Shown: positions 38,742-52,869 of the stretch, piece by piece | How positions within the stretch are numbered: the first letter of the stretch is position 1 | How the letters are laid out: each line of letters opens with the position of its first letter | Source of the DNA: Lama guanicoe | Taxonomy: Eukaryota | Assembly: GCA_013239625.1 (NCBI GenBank) | Contig: MU056960.1 | Location: forward strand, 2,472,642-2,536,641 | DNA: 64,000 nt | Direction of reading: 5' to 3' | Position numbers and translations under genes: made by a program | The notes under the pieces: generated by a model | Seen by the model: the letters and a program-made list of their open reading frames with translations, nothing else | What the model was told of the DNA's origin: nothing | Databases searched by the model: none

Positions 38742-39419
38742 ACTCAAAAGTTTCATGAAGCAATATATACCCTCACTCTAGTGAGGGTATATTTTTTAAA
38801 ATTTGGTTTTTAATTGTTGGTTATAATCCACTAATTAGATATGACTCATAGTAAGAAAATCTCAAGATCAAACTTAAAGTTTCCCTTCAATATCTTTATT
38901 GTGCCAGACACAACGCTAGGCATTTTACAGCTGTGACAGCAGTCCATGCCCAGATTACCACCCCCAGATTACCCCTACGAGGGTACTCTTGATACCCCTA
39001 TTTTACAGATGAGGAAATAAGCTCAGAAATAAAATGCCTTATTCAAGTCCCTACACTGCAGCACAGACAGAGAACCTCACCAAACACTCCATCAGCTCCC
39101 CCAGCTTCCCAGCCTCTTTTCAGTTAGGTGGGAAATGAGTCTATTTCTGGCCAAAGGGCTGTAGACAGATGTTCATGTGTCACTTCCAAGCCCAAGCAGA
39201 GAACTGGCGGATGACACCCCAGCCATCTCTTCCCTTGCCATGATGACCAAGACAGCAGAGGTGGCACACCACACGACTGTAGAACCCAATCACGTGGGTC
39301 TCCGAGCAACTGTATGGAGCAGAGCACCCTTCAGCCTACAATCCGTGTGGGACATGCAAGCAATAAACTTTCATCGGGTTATGCCAGTCTTTGAAAGCTC
39401 TAACTCCTGAATATCTACC

Positions 39420-39980
39420 CCTCCTCAGTAAGTTTACAGTTTAGGCCCCTGCCATCTTTACTGCAGCATTCTCACAAATTGTTTACCTGCTTCTGAGATT
39501 GCTCCCTCCAATCTCTCGTCCACACTGCCACTGGAGCGATCTTTCTAATACACACATAGCCCATGTAAGTACTCAAAATTATTGAATCATTCCCCTTCAC
39601 CTACAACATAAAATCCAACTTCAGTAAGGCATATAAGGCCTCAACTACTGTCACTTTACCGCTCTCATTCCACATCCTTCAGGCATACTGAAACATCTGC
39701 CATTCCCAAGAAGCCGTGGCCTCTCGTGCGCCTGTAGTTTTACATGTACTGTTGCCTGTGCTTGGAATGGCTCTTCACTCTCTAGTCTTGGTCTTTCAAG
39801 CCCAGCTCAGGTTTCCCATAGGACTCCCCTCATGATGCATTCAGGTTGACCCAGACCCCCCTCTGCCCCTTCACACCTTCATTCATAGCACTGACATTTT
39901 GGGACAGATTTTACAACATTTTCTATTTGTTGTTAGGTCTGTTTTCTTACCACACCATAAGGTCCTTAAGAACAAGGTCC
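39420..39980 (+). mobile_element. L2 fragment
   Basis: ccacactgccactggagcgatctttcta...ataaaatccaact...ctgtgcttggaatgg...ttcaagcccagctcagg. Confidence 0.75.
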
Positions 39981-42900
39981 ACAAAAGGCACTCCAATCTA
40001 TTGGAATGAAAAACTGGCAACACATAAATAAATACATTTATTTTCCCTCAAACAGCATATATCCAACCCTAGGTCTGGCCTTTAAGAAAAACTCAGAGTA
40101 TACATACTTTACTTTGAGTACAATGGAAGAGAATCAAGTTTGGAGGCCAAATTTTTCTAGAAGACTTACAAGACTAGTTTGGAGTTTCAGAAGTCCTCTG
40201 AATGATCCACATTCTGTCTGAGAAAGCTGGTTTTCTGCTCATATATGTTTTACTTGAAAACTACATAGTCTGGTTCTCCTTAGAAAACAGACTATATCTG
40301 TTTGGAAACCTTGAGTACTACTAAAAGTGTGTTTTAAAAAGTTTTGTTCTGTTAAGCTGCTATTTGTTATCAAAATCTATTTTGCTTAATTAGCCTGAGT
40401 CAAAGGTACTAAATACTGGAGAGTTCAGAACTTGTTGAGTGAGTCAATTTAAGCATTGTATGCAAATAGCAAAGCTACAAATCAGAAAGAGAAGGGACTC
40501 AGGCCAAACTGCTCAGAGGGAAGGAAAAGCTGTTTCCTTCCAAATGGGGGAAAAGCAAATAGAAAAGATTTTACCTGTTGCTTAACTTTTTATCATTTTT
40601 CTGCTAGGCCAAGGAATGGTTTTGCACCGGAAACTTAGAAAAGCAAATGCTCTGATAAACTGAGTAATTCTGGTTCTTTAACTAGGGAGGTTTAAAGTAA
40701 AGGGTTAAAGTACACATTGTTTTTTTTTTACTTGAAGTTACCACGAAAGTTCAAATTTCCAACATCCTGAAAAGATTTTATTTTAGAAGTGAAAAGACTG
40801 TAAGATGAATTCAGATGAATTAAAAGGTTAGTCTACCACAAGAACACCAAAGTGGTGCTGGAAACATGTAAGAATGGCCTGAAAAGGTTTCGAACTCTAC
40901 CACTATGTTTGCACATCTTTCATTCTGACTCAAAATGATATTTTATCTTTTTAAATGTGCTTCTACTTCTGTGACGATCATATTACCATGGAAATAATTA
41001 TCTGTATGCCTGGGAAAGACTAGGTTTTTTTTTTTAATGTGGCTTTCATCTTTAAAGCCCAACACTCAGCTGCCCACAAGAGATCTTAATCAAGACTTAC
41101 TGATCAAATGGCAATTTCCCAAGAAGAAAGCGAAATAACCTCACTCTAGCTTTGCAAATCCTAGTCTATAGACCAAAGGTAAATGTCACAGCCCCTACAC
41201 ATCTCCATTCAGAATTTCTGCAGACTCATTGGCAATTATCCATAAATAATGACTTACCTCTGCACCAAGGGAAACGGACTCTGTCAAAAACCCAACATCT
41301 ACCCTGAGTAGGGTGGCTCTTGTGAATCTGTGCAAAGGGTGAATGTCATGCATGTCATGAAATAGATTTAAGTGAGAAAAGAGATTTTTACTCTTGCAGA
41401 ATATAGCCTTTGAGTACAGGCTTTTTCCCTTTCTCAATGAGCCAAATAACACAGGTCACCACTTCTCTTGGAAGACAAGATAAGCATGAATGACAAAACC
41501 AAAATTTACAAAGTTTGAGAGCCTGTGGCTTGGAACATTAGATTCCACCTAAGGTGGGAATCTGGGTTTCTCATTATGAAGTCATGTAGGAACTTTGTAT
41601 TAAATAAATAAAGGAGGAAAAAAAAATCTTGAGCAACATCACTGTCACCATTTTGTTCTATTTTAACCTAATCTTGACTAGATAACACACGGCTCAGAAA
41701 GATAACGGACTTGGAACCATCTTTACGGCAATTTTTAAAAACTACAATTTGCAACATTAAACAATTTATCACAAGGAGCTATACCAGATGCGTGACCCTT
41801 TATGCTAAGGTAATTACAGAACAAAATCACTTGCAGAACAGAGGCTAACAACCAAATGTAGATAATGAAAGATGACAGTGTTAAGATACACAGAAAATGT
41901 CAAGGGAACACAGGTAATTAACACTTTAAAAATCAAGAAACCACAGACTATGTCTGAAAGCAGCTTTCTGGGCTCCTATTACGCAACTGAGATTTCATTT
42001 TCATTCTGGGTTTTGCTTGAAGAGAAAGCACCTCCCACAATAGTTTATTTCATTTCTACCACTGCTCATTTTACTTCTCAAGACCGCCACTAATTCTGTG
42101 TCATGAGCAAGATGACAAAAAGTGAGATTTTAAATAAAGCTTGCCTCAGAGTTATCTTCATTTTAGGGCACACATCATACTATACCTTTCAGTATTACCA
42201 GCAAGAAGTAATGTACAGATCACTAAGATGGGGCAGAGTCTCGACTTTCCAGGACCCAGAACACAGGAACGGGCCCACATTCAAGAGAGGGGGCGTGGCT
42301 TTTTCTCCCTCCCCAGAACAAACCAAAACCTAACTCCTACTTTGGCGTTCCAACACCGAAGAGTGAAAGGAACTAAAGATCAATCCAGGTTTTGAGGAAA
42401 CTGCTAGAACTGAAAGAGGAAGCAGTATTACTTATTTCTTATTAAAAAAAAAAAAAAGCTACCACTACTAACATCTATAATAACTTAAATTCTACACAAC
42501 TTACTTATGGGTATTTTCACCATGAATGCACAAACATAAATTTGTCAGTTTGCTGGAGTTTGGCAAGTTTTTAAAGCCACTCAAACTTAGACCTGCTCTA
42601 TTGTGTCCATCACCACAGAGACTTAAGGAAGGTGTGGCAATGCACTTGAATTACTGAATCTTAGAACTTACAAACTTCAGCCATTCCTACACGACCTTTA
42701 TGACCTTACATATCCATTTACCATGATAATACTGTTCCCTAAGGCTTTTCTTAAAATCTTAAAAAAAAAATCATATCCACTTTAATATCATCCATGAAGT
42801 CACAGGTATAATATGCTAGTTGTTCTCATTAATACACATTAAAATATAGAACCAATAAATGCAAAGTATTCACGCAGCAAAAATCATCTCATGTACCATT

Positions 42901-43754
42901 AATAGCACAAAAACACACCCTTGCATGCTCATTTCAGCAGCACATATAGTAAGAATGTAATCAAACCCACACTTTGGGAAACAGTGATTTGGTCCCAAAT
43001 CCTTTGTCACAGTTAAGGAAACAGACTCAAAGAGGGTCTGTAACTGGCCCAAGGACACACAGTAACTGGTGGCAGAGTCTAGACTGGAATCTAGAACTGA
43101 GTCCAGAGATGGTCCCACCAGAAGAGAATCCCCAGATGGGTAAGCTACAGGGAGAACTAGAGACCCAGCCTTCGGGGAGTTAATCTGTAAGTGAACCCTA
43201 AGCAGCTGGTAAGCCCTCTGACGGTGGATCTGGGCTTCTCACTTTCTCTGAGAAGCAACACACACAACATGACACTTGCCAGCTGACTCTCAAAGACTGT
43301 CTGGATCGGCTGAAATAAATCTGTTGTTTCCTTCCCATAGACTCATGTGGTTTTGCCCAATTCACTGAACCTCAAGGCACACTGCCAATGATAAAAATGT
43401 CTCCTGGATCAGTTTCCCACTTTTTGATCCAACAATATCCTAGCCACTGAGCCTCTGTCCCCACTGTTAGACTCACGCATGCTCTCTATGGTTTCAGGAG
43501 GAAGATTTTCCATCTCTGGGTTTTAGACCAGCTTTGGAAATAGGCTGGAAGTTTCCATCACGAGTTACTCCTGTACTTCCCAGGTACCCAGGGTAGGTTT
43601 TATTTTTAAGTGACAGATAACATGTCTACCTTGTGCCTAGCAATGTTTTATACACAGTGCCATACTTAACAGAAGGCAAAAATGATATCATTTCTGGCCC
43701 CTTGGGAGCTGCAAATCTATGTGAGTTTAGCCATATATGCATGTAGCTAATAAT

Positions 43755-43975
43755 AACTCGTTATTAAATGTTATTTATATACCAAGCAATGTGCCATGTC
43801 TTTCAAATGCACTCTTATTGAATCCTCACAACTATTTCCTGTGATTATCCTCACCTAATACATGAAAGAAATGAGGCTTAGAGATGTTAAGTGGCTCATC
43901 CAAGGTCAAGCAGCAAGTAGGTGGTAAAGTTCAAACTCAAACTCAGACTCTAGGCCGATGCTCTTAACCAATGTA
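43755..43975 (-). mobile_element. MIR SINE (antisense)
   Basis: aatcctcacaact...gaaatgaggcttagagatgttaagtggctcatccaaggtca...gatgctcttaacc. Confidence 0.82.
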
Positions 43976-44270
43976 CACCTGAATCTTTTTAAACTCACAG
44001 TGAAAGGAAACATGATTTCTGTATCTGATTTCTTATTAAGTGAGTTCTTTTCTTGCATTAGAGTTCAAGAATACATAACACATTCTGGGAGTGCCATTTC
44101 ATCTTGATTGAGGGAAGAATTTGCTCCTTGTAATCTGAAGCTATGCAACTTGCACTCTTGACCAAAAAAAAAGTCATCAAATTAATAGTAAACGCACTAC
44201 TTATCATCCAAATCAACTTTAGGTAACCTTATTCCATTACTACTTACAGGACACAAAAGTGGACTATTAC

Positions 44271-45075
44271 TGTGGTATAATAAAAAATGTATTTGGTCTT
44301 TGTCCCCAGTTCCTACCATAGCTCCTAAAACCCTTGGAATTTCCTTACTGATAGGAGAGAACTTTGTTATTCATAGGGAGCAGGGTTTGGACCAAACAGG
44401 ATTTTAAGCTAACAAGGTGAGTCAGGATGGGCCCTTATGAGTTTCCAGAGAGGAGCTGGCCACACCAGAAAGATCAGGCACATGATCAGAAGGTTGGAAC
44501 TTTCAGCCCCACCTCCAGGCCACAGGGGAGGGAGGGGTGGTTGGAGTTTAATCACCAATGCCAATGCTTTAATCAATTATGCCAAATAAAGGAATCTCAA
44601 CTGAAATTGAAACAAGGCTAGGGGAGCTTCAGGGTTGGTGAGCACATCAGTGTGCTCGGAGGCTGACATGCCCAAAGGGGACATGGAAGTTCTGTGTCCC
44701 CAATTCAGATCTTGCCCTATGCATCTCTTCCATTTGACTGTTCCTGAGTTGTATCCTTGACAATAAAACTGTAATTATAAATATCATGCTTAACCAGCTC
44801 TATGAGTCATGTGTTTTAACAAGTTATCGAACCTGGGGGAAGGTGGTCATGGGAATCCCTGAATTTGTAGTCTGCCAGGCAGAAGCACAGGTAACTTGAG
44901 ACAATCTGATATTTGTAGTTGGTACCTGAAGTGGGGCAATCTTGTGAAACTGACCATTAACCTGTGGGGTCTGCACAAACTCCAGGCAGTTGACATCAGA
45001 ACTGAATTACTGGACATTCAGTTGTTGTCAGAGAATTGTTGCTGGAAGGAAATAACTTCAGGAAAAGAGGTCCAC
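44271..45075 (+). mobile_element. Solo LTR, MER21-like
   Basis: Begins TG (tgtggtataataaaaaatgtatttggtctttgtccccagttcct), has an internal AATAAA at 44762 and ccttgccctatgcatctcttccatttg. About 800 bp; the 3' end is approximate. Confidence 0.85.
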
Positions 45076-46980
45076 ATTAAAACCAGCATAATTGAAACCT
45101 AGAAGCCACCTCCCTTCTTGATCTAATCATTAAAGCTATAGCTGTCACCAACTCAGAGCAGTAGGAAACTTGGCCCTATGACAGATCCACAAGTACCTGG
45201 TAGAATAAAATTTCTTTTCAAAGACTAAAGAATTCATTTGACCTGCTAAAGACACCATGAATGGTGTAAAAATATGAAGTCAAAATTTATTTTCTTTAAT
45301 TTCTAATTTTAGTTGTGATTTATTTCACATCAATTCTAGTCCCCACAAGAGATTCATGAATTACCTCAACAGTTCACACGTAACTGCTCCCTTTGGGTAG
45401 TAGGCACTGTTAAATGACCATCACCACCACCCAGTATAATATACTTTAACCCTAACGCTAGTGGACCAGGGACATTACATTCCCATTTGTTTATCAATTT
45501 CTCATTTGTCAAAAACAAAAGTCAAGAGACAGAAATCTCAAAAAAGACCAATACCACAAAAGCAGTCAATCACGATCAACTAGTCAATCTTGAAGACCAG
45601 TCTGGTCAAACACTGCCTCCCTGCACTCACCCTGTCCCATCAGGAAAATGCTCAGGGAAGAGAGCACTGTGGTCAGGGCCGTTGTCAGGGCCACTGGATT
45701 ACCCAACTCCATAGGTCCCCATCCCCCTCCTTATGAACGGTGCTTCCTGGCATTGGGCAATCTTGTGGGCCTGCTCTGTCCCGACCCACTCCTCCCCCCA
45801 GCAAGTGCCACTGTTAGCAACTTCCACCCCTTCCCAGCTGGACCACTGACGGGCGTCTCGCTTCACCTTGCAGGTACAGCCCAGAAAACTACCACCACCA
45901 CCACCCTACACTCCCAAAGGCCTGCTCCCTTACATGTTCTCTTCCCCCACAACTGAACTCATCTATCTAATGCCTCTAGAAAGGTCTTTAGACTTTTCTC
46001 TTTCATAAAATGTTAGTAAACCCCCAAGCAAAATTCTCCTACCATAAACAGCAGCTGTAACCAACTGTTTTGAGTAAATGACTGGACAAGTGACTAGTTA
46101 TTTCAAAGAAAAACTAATTTAGTAGAAGAAAAAGAACCATGGAAACATTCTTAAAAATGAACACAGAACACTGACTGTATCACTCCTCACTTCCGAACAG
46201 CATTGCCACAACTGGGGAAACGCCCCTCTGAGGGCCTGGAACTTCTAGCACGTCCACACTTAGAATCCATGCTGCTAGGGTCCCAGGACCCTCTCTGCAG
46301 TGGTATTTCTAGCCTTACCCTCCTATTTAAAGAGCAGCCACTACGTAGTCATCAAGTAGATATAAAGTAAATGTTTCACTGAAAACAAATTTGCTTCACA
46401 GATTGAAAAAAAAAGGAATAGGGCCATTGTAATTATTTCCACAGAGCCATGCTAAGACTGTTCTGTCAGTGAATGTACCTGGATTTTCCTGCTCAGATTC
46501 CAGGGCAGGTCACTGGGAAGGGAGCAGTCAGTTCAGCTTTTTGCATAGGCATTCTCGACAGCATGTCCACTAGTTTATCTTAGGAACTCAGAGTGATAAA
46601 GCCTCAGCTCTACTTAAAGTACTGTTACCACTTTCAAAAATATTCTGAGAAAAGATCATATACTATCTAGCACCATTACCCACCAATAACTTCACCGTAC
46701 TTATGTTTCAAAGCTGGTTATAAGGATTCTTCTTTGAAAGAACAGTAGTTTGTGACAAAACGTTTGATTAAAAAGCCAGAAATATAGAAAACCAAACACC
46801 AAGAATTCAATTAAAACCAAAGTCTGAGTTCCTACCATTACATATTTGAGGCAGTGTAAATGAGAAAACAAAATTAGTGCAGAGAAGGGCCTAGTCTAGT
46901 CCCGTAGCTGCCAGTATCTTGCTCTGAAACTTTCAGCAAGTTTACTAATCTTTCTAGATTTCCATTTCCCTCGTGCTTTT

Positions 46981-47201
46981 CAGTCTGTTTTCAACCTCCA
47001 ACTATTTTGATCAACTGAAATCTTACGGGGAAACCCAGTATAAACGAATATTAAAGTAACTTTCGCAGGGTGAAGCATGGGGTGGAGGTGGGGCATGAGA
47101 TGGAATGAAGACAGCAAGATGAGGTTTTCCACCTCTACCACATGCATACTCTAGACATGACCCCTGAGAGGGCTCTGCATAGCCCAGTTTGAAGAACCAT
47201 C
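46981..47201 (+). mobile_element. MER117-like hAT-Charlie MITE
   Basis: cagtctgttttcaacc...gaaatcttacggggaaacccagtata...cagtttgaagaaccat. Confidence 0.75.
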
Positions 47202-47383
47202 ATGCCAGATATTGTAAGGTTTTTGAGGGTCTTTTTTTCTGCTTCTTCCTCAACTGGAGGAAGAAGAATTAAATGCATTCAATGTAGCAAATGCTGTGAC
47301 TTGAGTCTTGTTCAGAATCAAAATTATAGGTCACACACAAACCCACTTTAGGCAAACACTGCAGAATCTAAACCTTTCATCAT

Positions 47384-47451
47384 CCAACACGGGCTAAAAG
47401 TTATAACCAAACCTTGCCCAACAAGAGCTAAAAGCTATAACCAAACCTTGC
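47384..47451 (+). repeat. 34-bp tandem duplication
   Basis: ccaacacgggctaaaagttataaccaaaccttgc / ccaacaagagctaaaagctataaccaaaccttgc (31/34 identical). Confidence 0.92.
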
Positions 47452-48935
47452 TGTCTTAATATGGTGGAAGCAATCTACTAATAAAATAAGGGGGTAAGTC
47501 GTAAGTCTTCCCGACACACCGTCTCCCAGACTGACCAGCAGAGACTGGGGCAATGTGTATAAAAGATGCTAAACACGCTCCAAAAATGAGAAGTCCTACA
47601 CTATGCAGTGCTGCTATCCAAGATCCTTGGTCAGTCATTGTATCTGGTCTGGATCTCCAAGCCTCAGTGACAGAACTACTTTCAGTCACCTAGGGCCTAA
47701 GGCTGAGCCCTCCAGCAGAGCAGGGAGGACAGGACCGGGGATGCTGCTGCCCAGCACTATGCAACAAGCTTCCATGATGCAATTCAGACTGAAACTCAAC
47801 AACATAGCACAGGTCAAAGGACAAGGCCAAGCCCTCAGGAAGGCAGGAGTCATCAACATGATGTCTACTTCTCTGTGTAATGAGGTGGCCCATTTTGCCA
47901 CAAGGGCTAGTCCCCACCTCAAGACTCCTTTACTGAACTTCTCTATTCTGATGAATGGCATTTAAACAGTTTCATCTGCACACATTTTAAAGAAGAGGAT
48001 TTGGCAACACCCGCCCCCTCTCCAATCTTCTCCTTTCTACCTATCACAACTTCAAAGAATTAGACTGAGCCACTTCCACTAAATTAATATATTAAGTTAT
48101 TTGTAATCACTTACTAATTAAATGGTCAGGTGCTGTGATAATCTCCTTTTCCCCCCAAAAGAAACAGGGCCCTCCATCACCTAGAAAAACAGACACAAGA
48201 ACTAGTAAAATTGAACTTGAATTAAAAGACACTGACTCAATAAAACACCCTGGTCCATTGTGCAGAGAGCTTCAGAACACTGTTCCAACATTTAGGGAGA
48301 ATTGATCCTGGTTCACTGGTATCAACATCTGTAAATAGACACAAAGAGGTAACTGTAAGTTGTCAAGAGCTGGGAAAATAGGAGTTACCATATAATCACC
48401 TCAAAACAACTAACAGCCAGTGTACCATTCACTCTTATTGCAGCACTCTTACTGAAGCAAAATCAGATTAATTTTAAGTCATCTATTGCACACACAACTC
48501 CAAAACGAAGTGGCATCATCTGGTCTTCTAGATTGCTCATGTTTCAGAAGAGCTTGTCCAAAAGCCCCTAGAAGTTGAAGCAACAAATCCACTCGTTCCC
48601 TGGGTTAATAAAAGGCCAGTTCAGCTGTGAGAATCTAAATTCACTTAAATTTGTGGATTCTTTCCCCAAATACAATTAGTAACCAATGTAGGAATCTATG
48701 ACTTCTTCCTGTATTCAAGTCTCCTCCCACCCATTGGCACCCCCACCTTCAGAAAGAAGAGCCATCAGTCTCCAAACTGGCTGATGGAATTTCAGCCTAC
48801 AGGATATTTTCATACCTGAATTAAAATGAACTATAAAATGAAGATGAATAGTGGACAGCTTAATAATCCATTAGCTAGAGCATTTGAAATCCAGCATTAG
48901 GATACAAAGTCCAAAATTCTTCAACTAGGCCAAAG

Positions 48936-48937
<2 letters not shown>

Positions 48938-48967
<30 letters not shown>
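48938..48967 (+). repeat. (GT)15 microsatellite
   Basis: Seen directly. Confidence 0.95.
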
Positions 48968-48969
<2 letters not shown>

Positions 48970-50189
48970 CTATATAGATAGATATATACATACATACATA
49001 AACCTATCAATTTTCCATTCCCTGCAGTATAAAGGGTGGAATCTATCGTTTGCCTGGTCCTAACTGTTCACTTGCATCTGCATTCAAATTGGATTTCAGT
49101 AAGTTAGTACCAGGCTCAAGTCCCTCCCCTTCTTTACCCCCAGGACTACCCAGGAAAACTATTCAATTTACTTTTAATAATCCATCTACCCATGCTAGTA
49201 AAGTACGAGAACCTAAAACAGTGACAAGTCCTCAATTTCTGATTCATTTTTCCCAAACACTAAAAGATTTTATTTAGCATTTCTAATGTTAACTTTACTA
49301 CAAATAGCCCAAGCAACATTTAAGTCTCTCAGTTGCCGAGCTCAAAGGACCAATTCACTCAAAGAACACACTAGTCACTGTTGCGGGGTTCAAAAGAAGA
49401 AAACAGCATATTCTTTCTGTTTTGGGCCATTGTGACATGGCTCAAGAGGGCCAAATCAAGGAGGAGTCCTGACTGGGCCTCTCAAGTGGACAATCTGGTC
49501 AAGGTGAGGCTGAAAAGCAGCTGACTGCTGGAGATGAATGGCCCCAACAGAAGGCAAAAGTAGGTTACATCACTTGGTTACATGCCGGCCCAAAGATGCC
49601 GACAGAGTGGGATTGGGCCCACAATGGTCATTTATCTAATGTAATCCACTCAGTGAACTTCCAGCACCAACCTACACCTCAGCTGAGTGTTATTAGTCAT
49701 CAGGCAGACCAGACAAGAGTGGAAATATTGCAACATAAAACCTGCCTCCCTACGAGAAACAACTTCAAACTTAGATCCTGATGGTCATCTTTGTAGAGCT
49801 ACAGCGGCGTATTATTATTACGTGCCCAAACTTCAACCCTAAATTCGCATACTGCTGGAAGCAAAGCAGGATTCATATACTAGAACATATTCAGGGTACT
49901 CATTATGCAATTTTAAAAAGCGTGTGAGACAAAACCCTGTAAAAGACATGCTCTCAATTGAACATCCCACTGAATTCTGAACACATGCCTTGAGATTCAT
50001 CTGCCAGAAAAGACTCAGATGACCACTGCCTCCTCCTCTTCCACTCTCAGCAGGGTGACTTTTTTTTTTTTACTATAACAGTCCAGCAGTACCCTCAAAA
50101 TAGTATGTGCTAAGATTCTAGGAAAGGCAACAGAATTAATCAAAAAGGAACATCACTTTCTATTTCCTTCTCCTTCTTGCTCTCTGACC

Positions 50190-50660
50190 CAGACTCTTCC
50201 CACTCTCTTCTTTGCTCACCAGGTTCTATTACTGCCTTCCCTACCCCATCCTCCCTCATCTCCCTCGCCTCCTCTCCACCCTCCCCTTTCTTCCCATTCC
50301 CTGGAACTTGCTAAACTCAGTCCAGCCAATTTCTGCAGTAGCTAGTCCTTGAACTTGGAAGACTCTTCCCATATCTTTGCATGGCTGGCTTCTATTCACT
50401 TAAAGCTCAGCTTAAGTGTCCCCCCACCCCGAGTAAGGTCTTGACTGTACCCCAGTCAGACACTTTCTGTCACATCACTCTTGTTTTCTTCAGCACTTAT
50501 CAAAATCTGATTTGCTTGTTTATCCGTCCCCACTCCTCACTCCAGTGTCAGCTCCACGAGAGCGTGGTCCTTATTGCTGTGTTCACCTCTGTATGCCTAC
50601 TGCCAAACACACTGGCTAGCAATTAGCAGTCAGTCAATAAATGTTTGTTGAATGAATGAA
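50190..50660 (+). mobile_element. L2 3' fragment
   Basis: ttgcatggctggcttct...cagctccacgagagc...tcaataaatgtttgttgaatgaatgaa terminus. Confidence 0.82.
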
Positions 50661-52114
50661 TTTTGGACTTTTTATTCAATGATTCCAAATCAGTTAAGGT
50701 GAGAACAGTAGTCATTTTTTTTTCTTTTGCTGCATTTCTCTGAAACATCTAAACATGCTGTTACTTGTACAATCAAAGCATTAAATATTGTTTTATCAGG
50801 CCTGAAAGCCCTAATGAGTAGGATGGGACTCGTGATAATTCTTCTGGCAATATGCATATAAACTAAGTTAACAGAGGCACATGATTTATGGACACTTCCT
50901 AATCAAAGGATCCCTAAAATCTGGGCACCGACACTTAAAGTTCTTCAGAAAACACAGTTTCAGACTCAACAGAGGATTTCCAAAGAAAATACCAACACCA
51001 AACTAGGAACCACCACATTTCATTCTGAAATCGTTGTGACAGGCTCAAGTAGTACTACTTTTTTCCTCCTTAAACCATCAGAATATCAACAGAGATCTTT
51101 TCCAATCATTCTTTGCTTTCTTCAAATAATTTTTTCACATCTACTATTGGTTTATATTCTTCCTTAAAACAAAACCAAGAAAATCACACTGTCTCATTTA
51201 AAATCACCAAACACAAAGAACCAGTTAAATAAATACGATGGAAATCAGAACAAGCCAAATGTGTCACTGAAGACTTGTGTGCCAGACACACAAATGGAGA
51301 AAAAGATAAAAGAGCTATTGTCACTTGTAGAAACAAAAAAGTAATATGGGGTTTTCTGTTCTCCAAAGTGCAGCATGAAGTGTGGGTGGAGAGAAACACA
51401 GAAATCCATAATTAGCCTAACATCAAATCATTTTGGAAAGAGTTGACAACATTTAAATTCCTCATACATAAAAGTATTTAGAGCAAGAGACCTTGATTCC
51501 TGGGCTATGATGCCATTTAGGAATCCTTGCAAGGGCTTTGGAATTCAATATCCGTAAAAGAAAATGCTCATCTTCATCGGGAGCGACAAGGCATTGAGAG
51601 GTGCTCCCAAAGAAACACAGCCTGTAACTTAAGTATTACAAAGCTTGTAGTTAAGACCTGGGATAGAGGCGGAACACCAAATTCAAAAGAGGTAACCAAT
51701 GTACCAAGTGCCATAAAGGAAAAAAAACACCACGATTACCACCTAGACACGGAGAATTAAAGTGGAAAGGAGGGGTGTGCATGGAGGGAGGATGGGGGGT
51801 AAGGGGGAATGGAAAAAAAACAATACATTTGTCACCCTGTCTCACTTCCTATACAGGATACAGGCAAAGCCTCCAGCCCCGTTACCTCGGGCACAGATGG
51901 TTATCGTTTATAGCAAAGGTGCACAGGAAGGCCTCCGGGTCTGAGCCCCTTAATTCCAGGGCTGTTAATGATTAAAGAGAAGGATGGAGGTGGGGAGGGA
52001 AATGAGGGCGGAGGGAGCTGGAGATTCACCCACCACCTCCCGCCTGGGCTCCTACCTCACGGCGCTTACCAGGGGCAGAGGAACAGAGTCTGCACCCCAC
52101 TCCAGGGCAGCTCC

Positions 52115-52517
52115 NNNNNNNNNNNNNNNNNNNNNNNNNNNNNNNNNNNNNNNNNNNNNNNNNNNNNNNNNNNNNNNNNNNNNNNNNNNNNNNNNNNNNN
52201 NNNNNNNNNNNNNNNNNNNNNNNNNNNNNNNNNNNNNNNNNNNNNNGTCCAGACAAGGCGCTGATTTCCACTCCTCCCCTTCCACCCCCTCTTTCTCGAA
52301 GGTACCCAACCCCCGCCCCTTCATCTCCCAATGCCTCCCCCTTTCCTCNNNNNNNNNNNNNNNNNNNNNNNNNNNNNNNNNNNNNNNNNNNNNNNNNNNN
52401 NNNNNNNNNNNNNNNNNNNNNNNNNNNNNNNNNNNNNNNNNNNNNNNNNNNNNNNNNNNNNNNNNNNNNNNNNNNNNNNNNNNNNNNNNNNNNNNNNNNN
52501 NNNNNNNNNNNNNNNNN
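52115..52517. other. Two assembly gaps (52115-52246 and 52349-52517) in the CpG island
   Basis: N runs flanked by GC-rich sequence. Confidence 1.
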
Positions 52518-52590
52518 ATCTGCGGCCCGCCGGCGGCGGCCGCCCCGAAGCCCCGCCCCCTCCATCGCCTCCTGCATCATCACTTCCGGT
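52518..52590 (-). other. DCUN1D3: Probable DCUN1D3 non-coding exon 1 (3' end and donor hidden in the N gap)
   Basis: GC-rich sequence running from an ETS motif (CCGGAAGT on -, 52589-52582) in the only CpG island upstream of exon 2. Confidence 0.65.
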
Positions 52591-52869
52591 AACCCCGCAG
52601 GCCGCCCGCTTCAGGAGGCGGAATAGGAGAAGGGGCAGGGAGGGAACGAGTGGCTAATTGCGTCATGACGTATGCAAAGACGTACGAAGCCGTCGCCAAG
52701 TAAGGGCAAAGGCGTAGCGACGCGGAGGGAGGTCTCGGAGAAGATGGGCTGGACCATTTTTTTGGCTAGAATGGGGGGAGGAGAGCGAAAGCAGTAAAGG
52801 AAGGGAAAAGGAAAGGAAAAACTTGGCTATATTGTTGGGTATAAGGCGCGGGGTGGGCTAGAGTTTGAA

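Noticed and set aside
7290-47451. CRISPR-like arrays or other prokaryotic systems
   Set aside because: The sequence is clearly mammalian, and the only direct repeats are two-copy tandem duplications without spacers.
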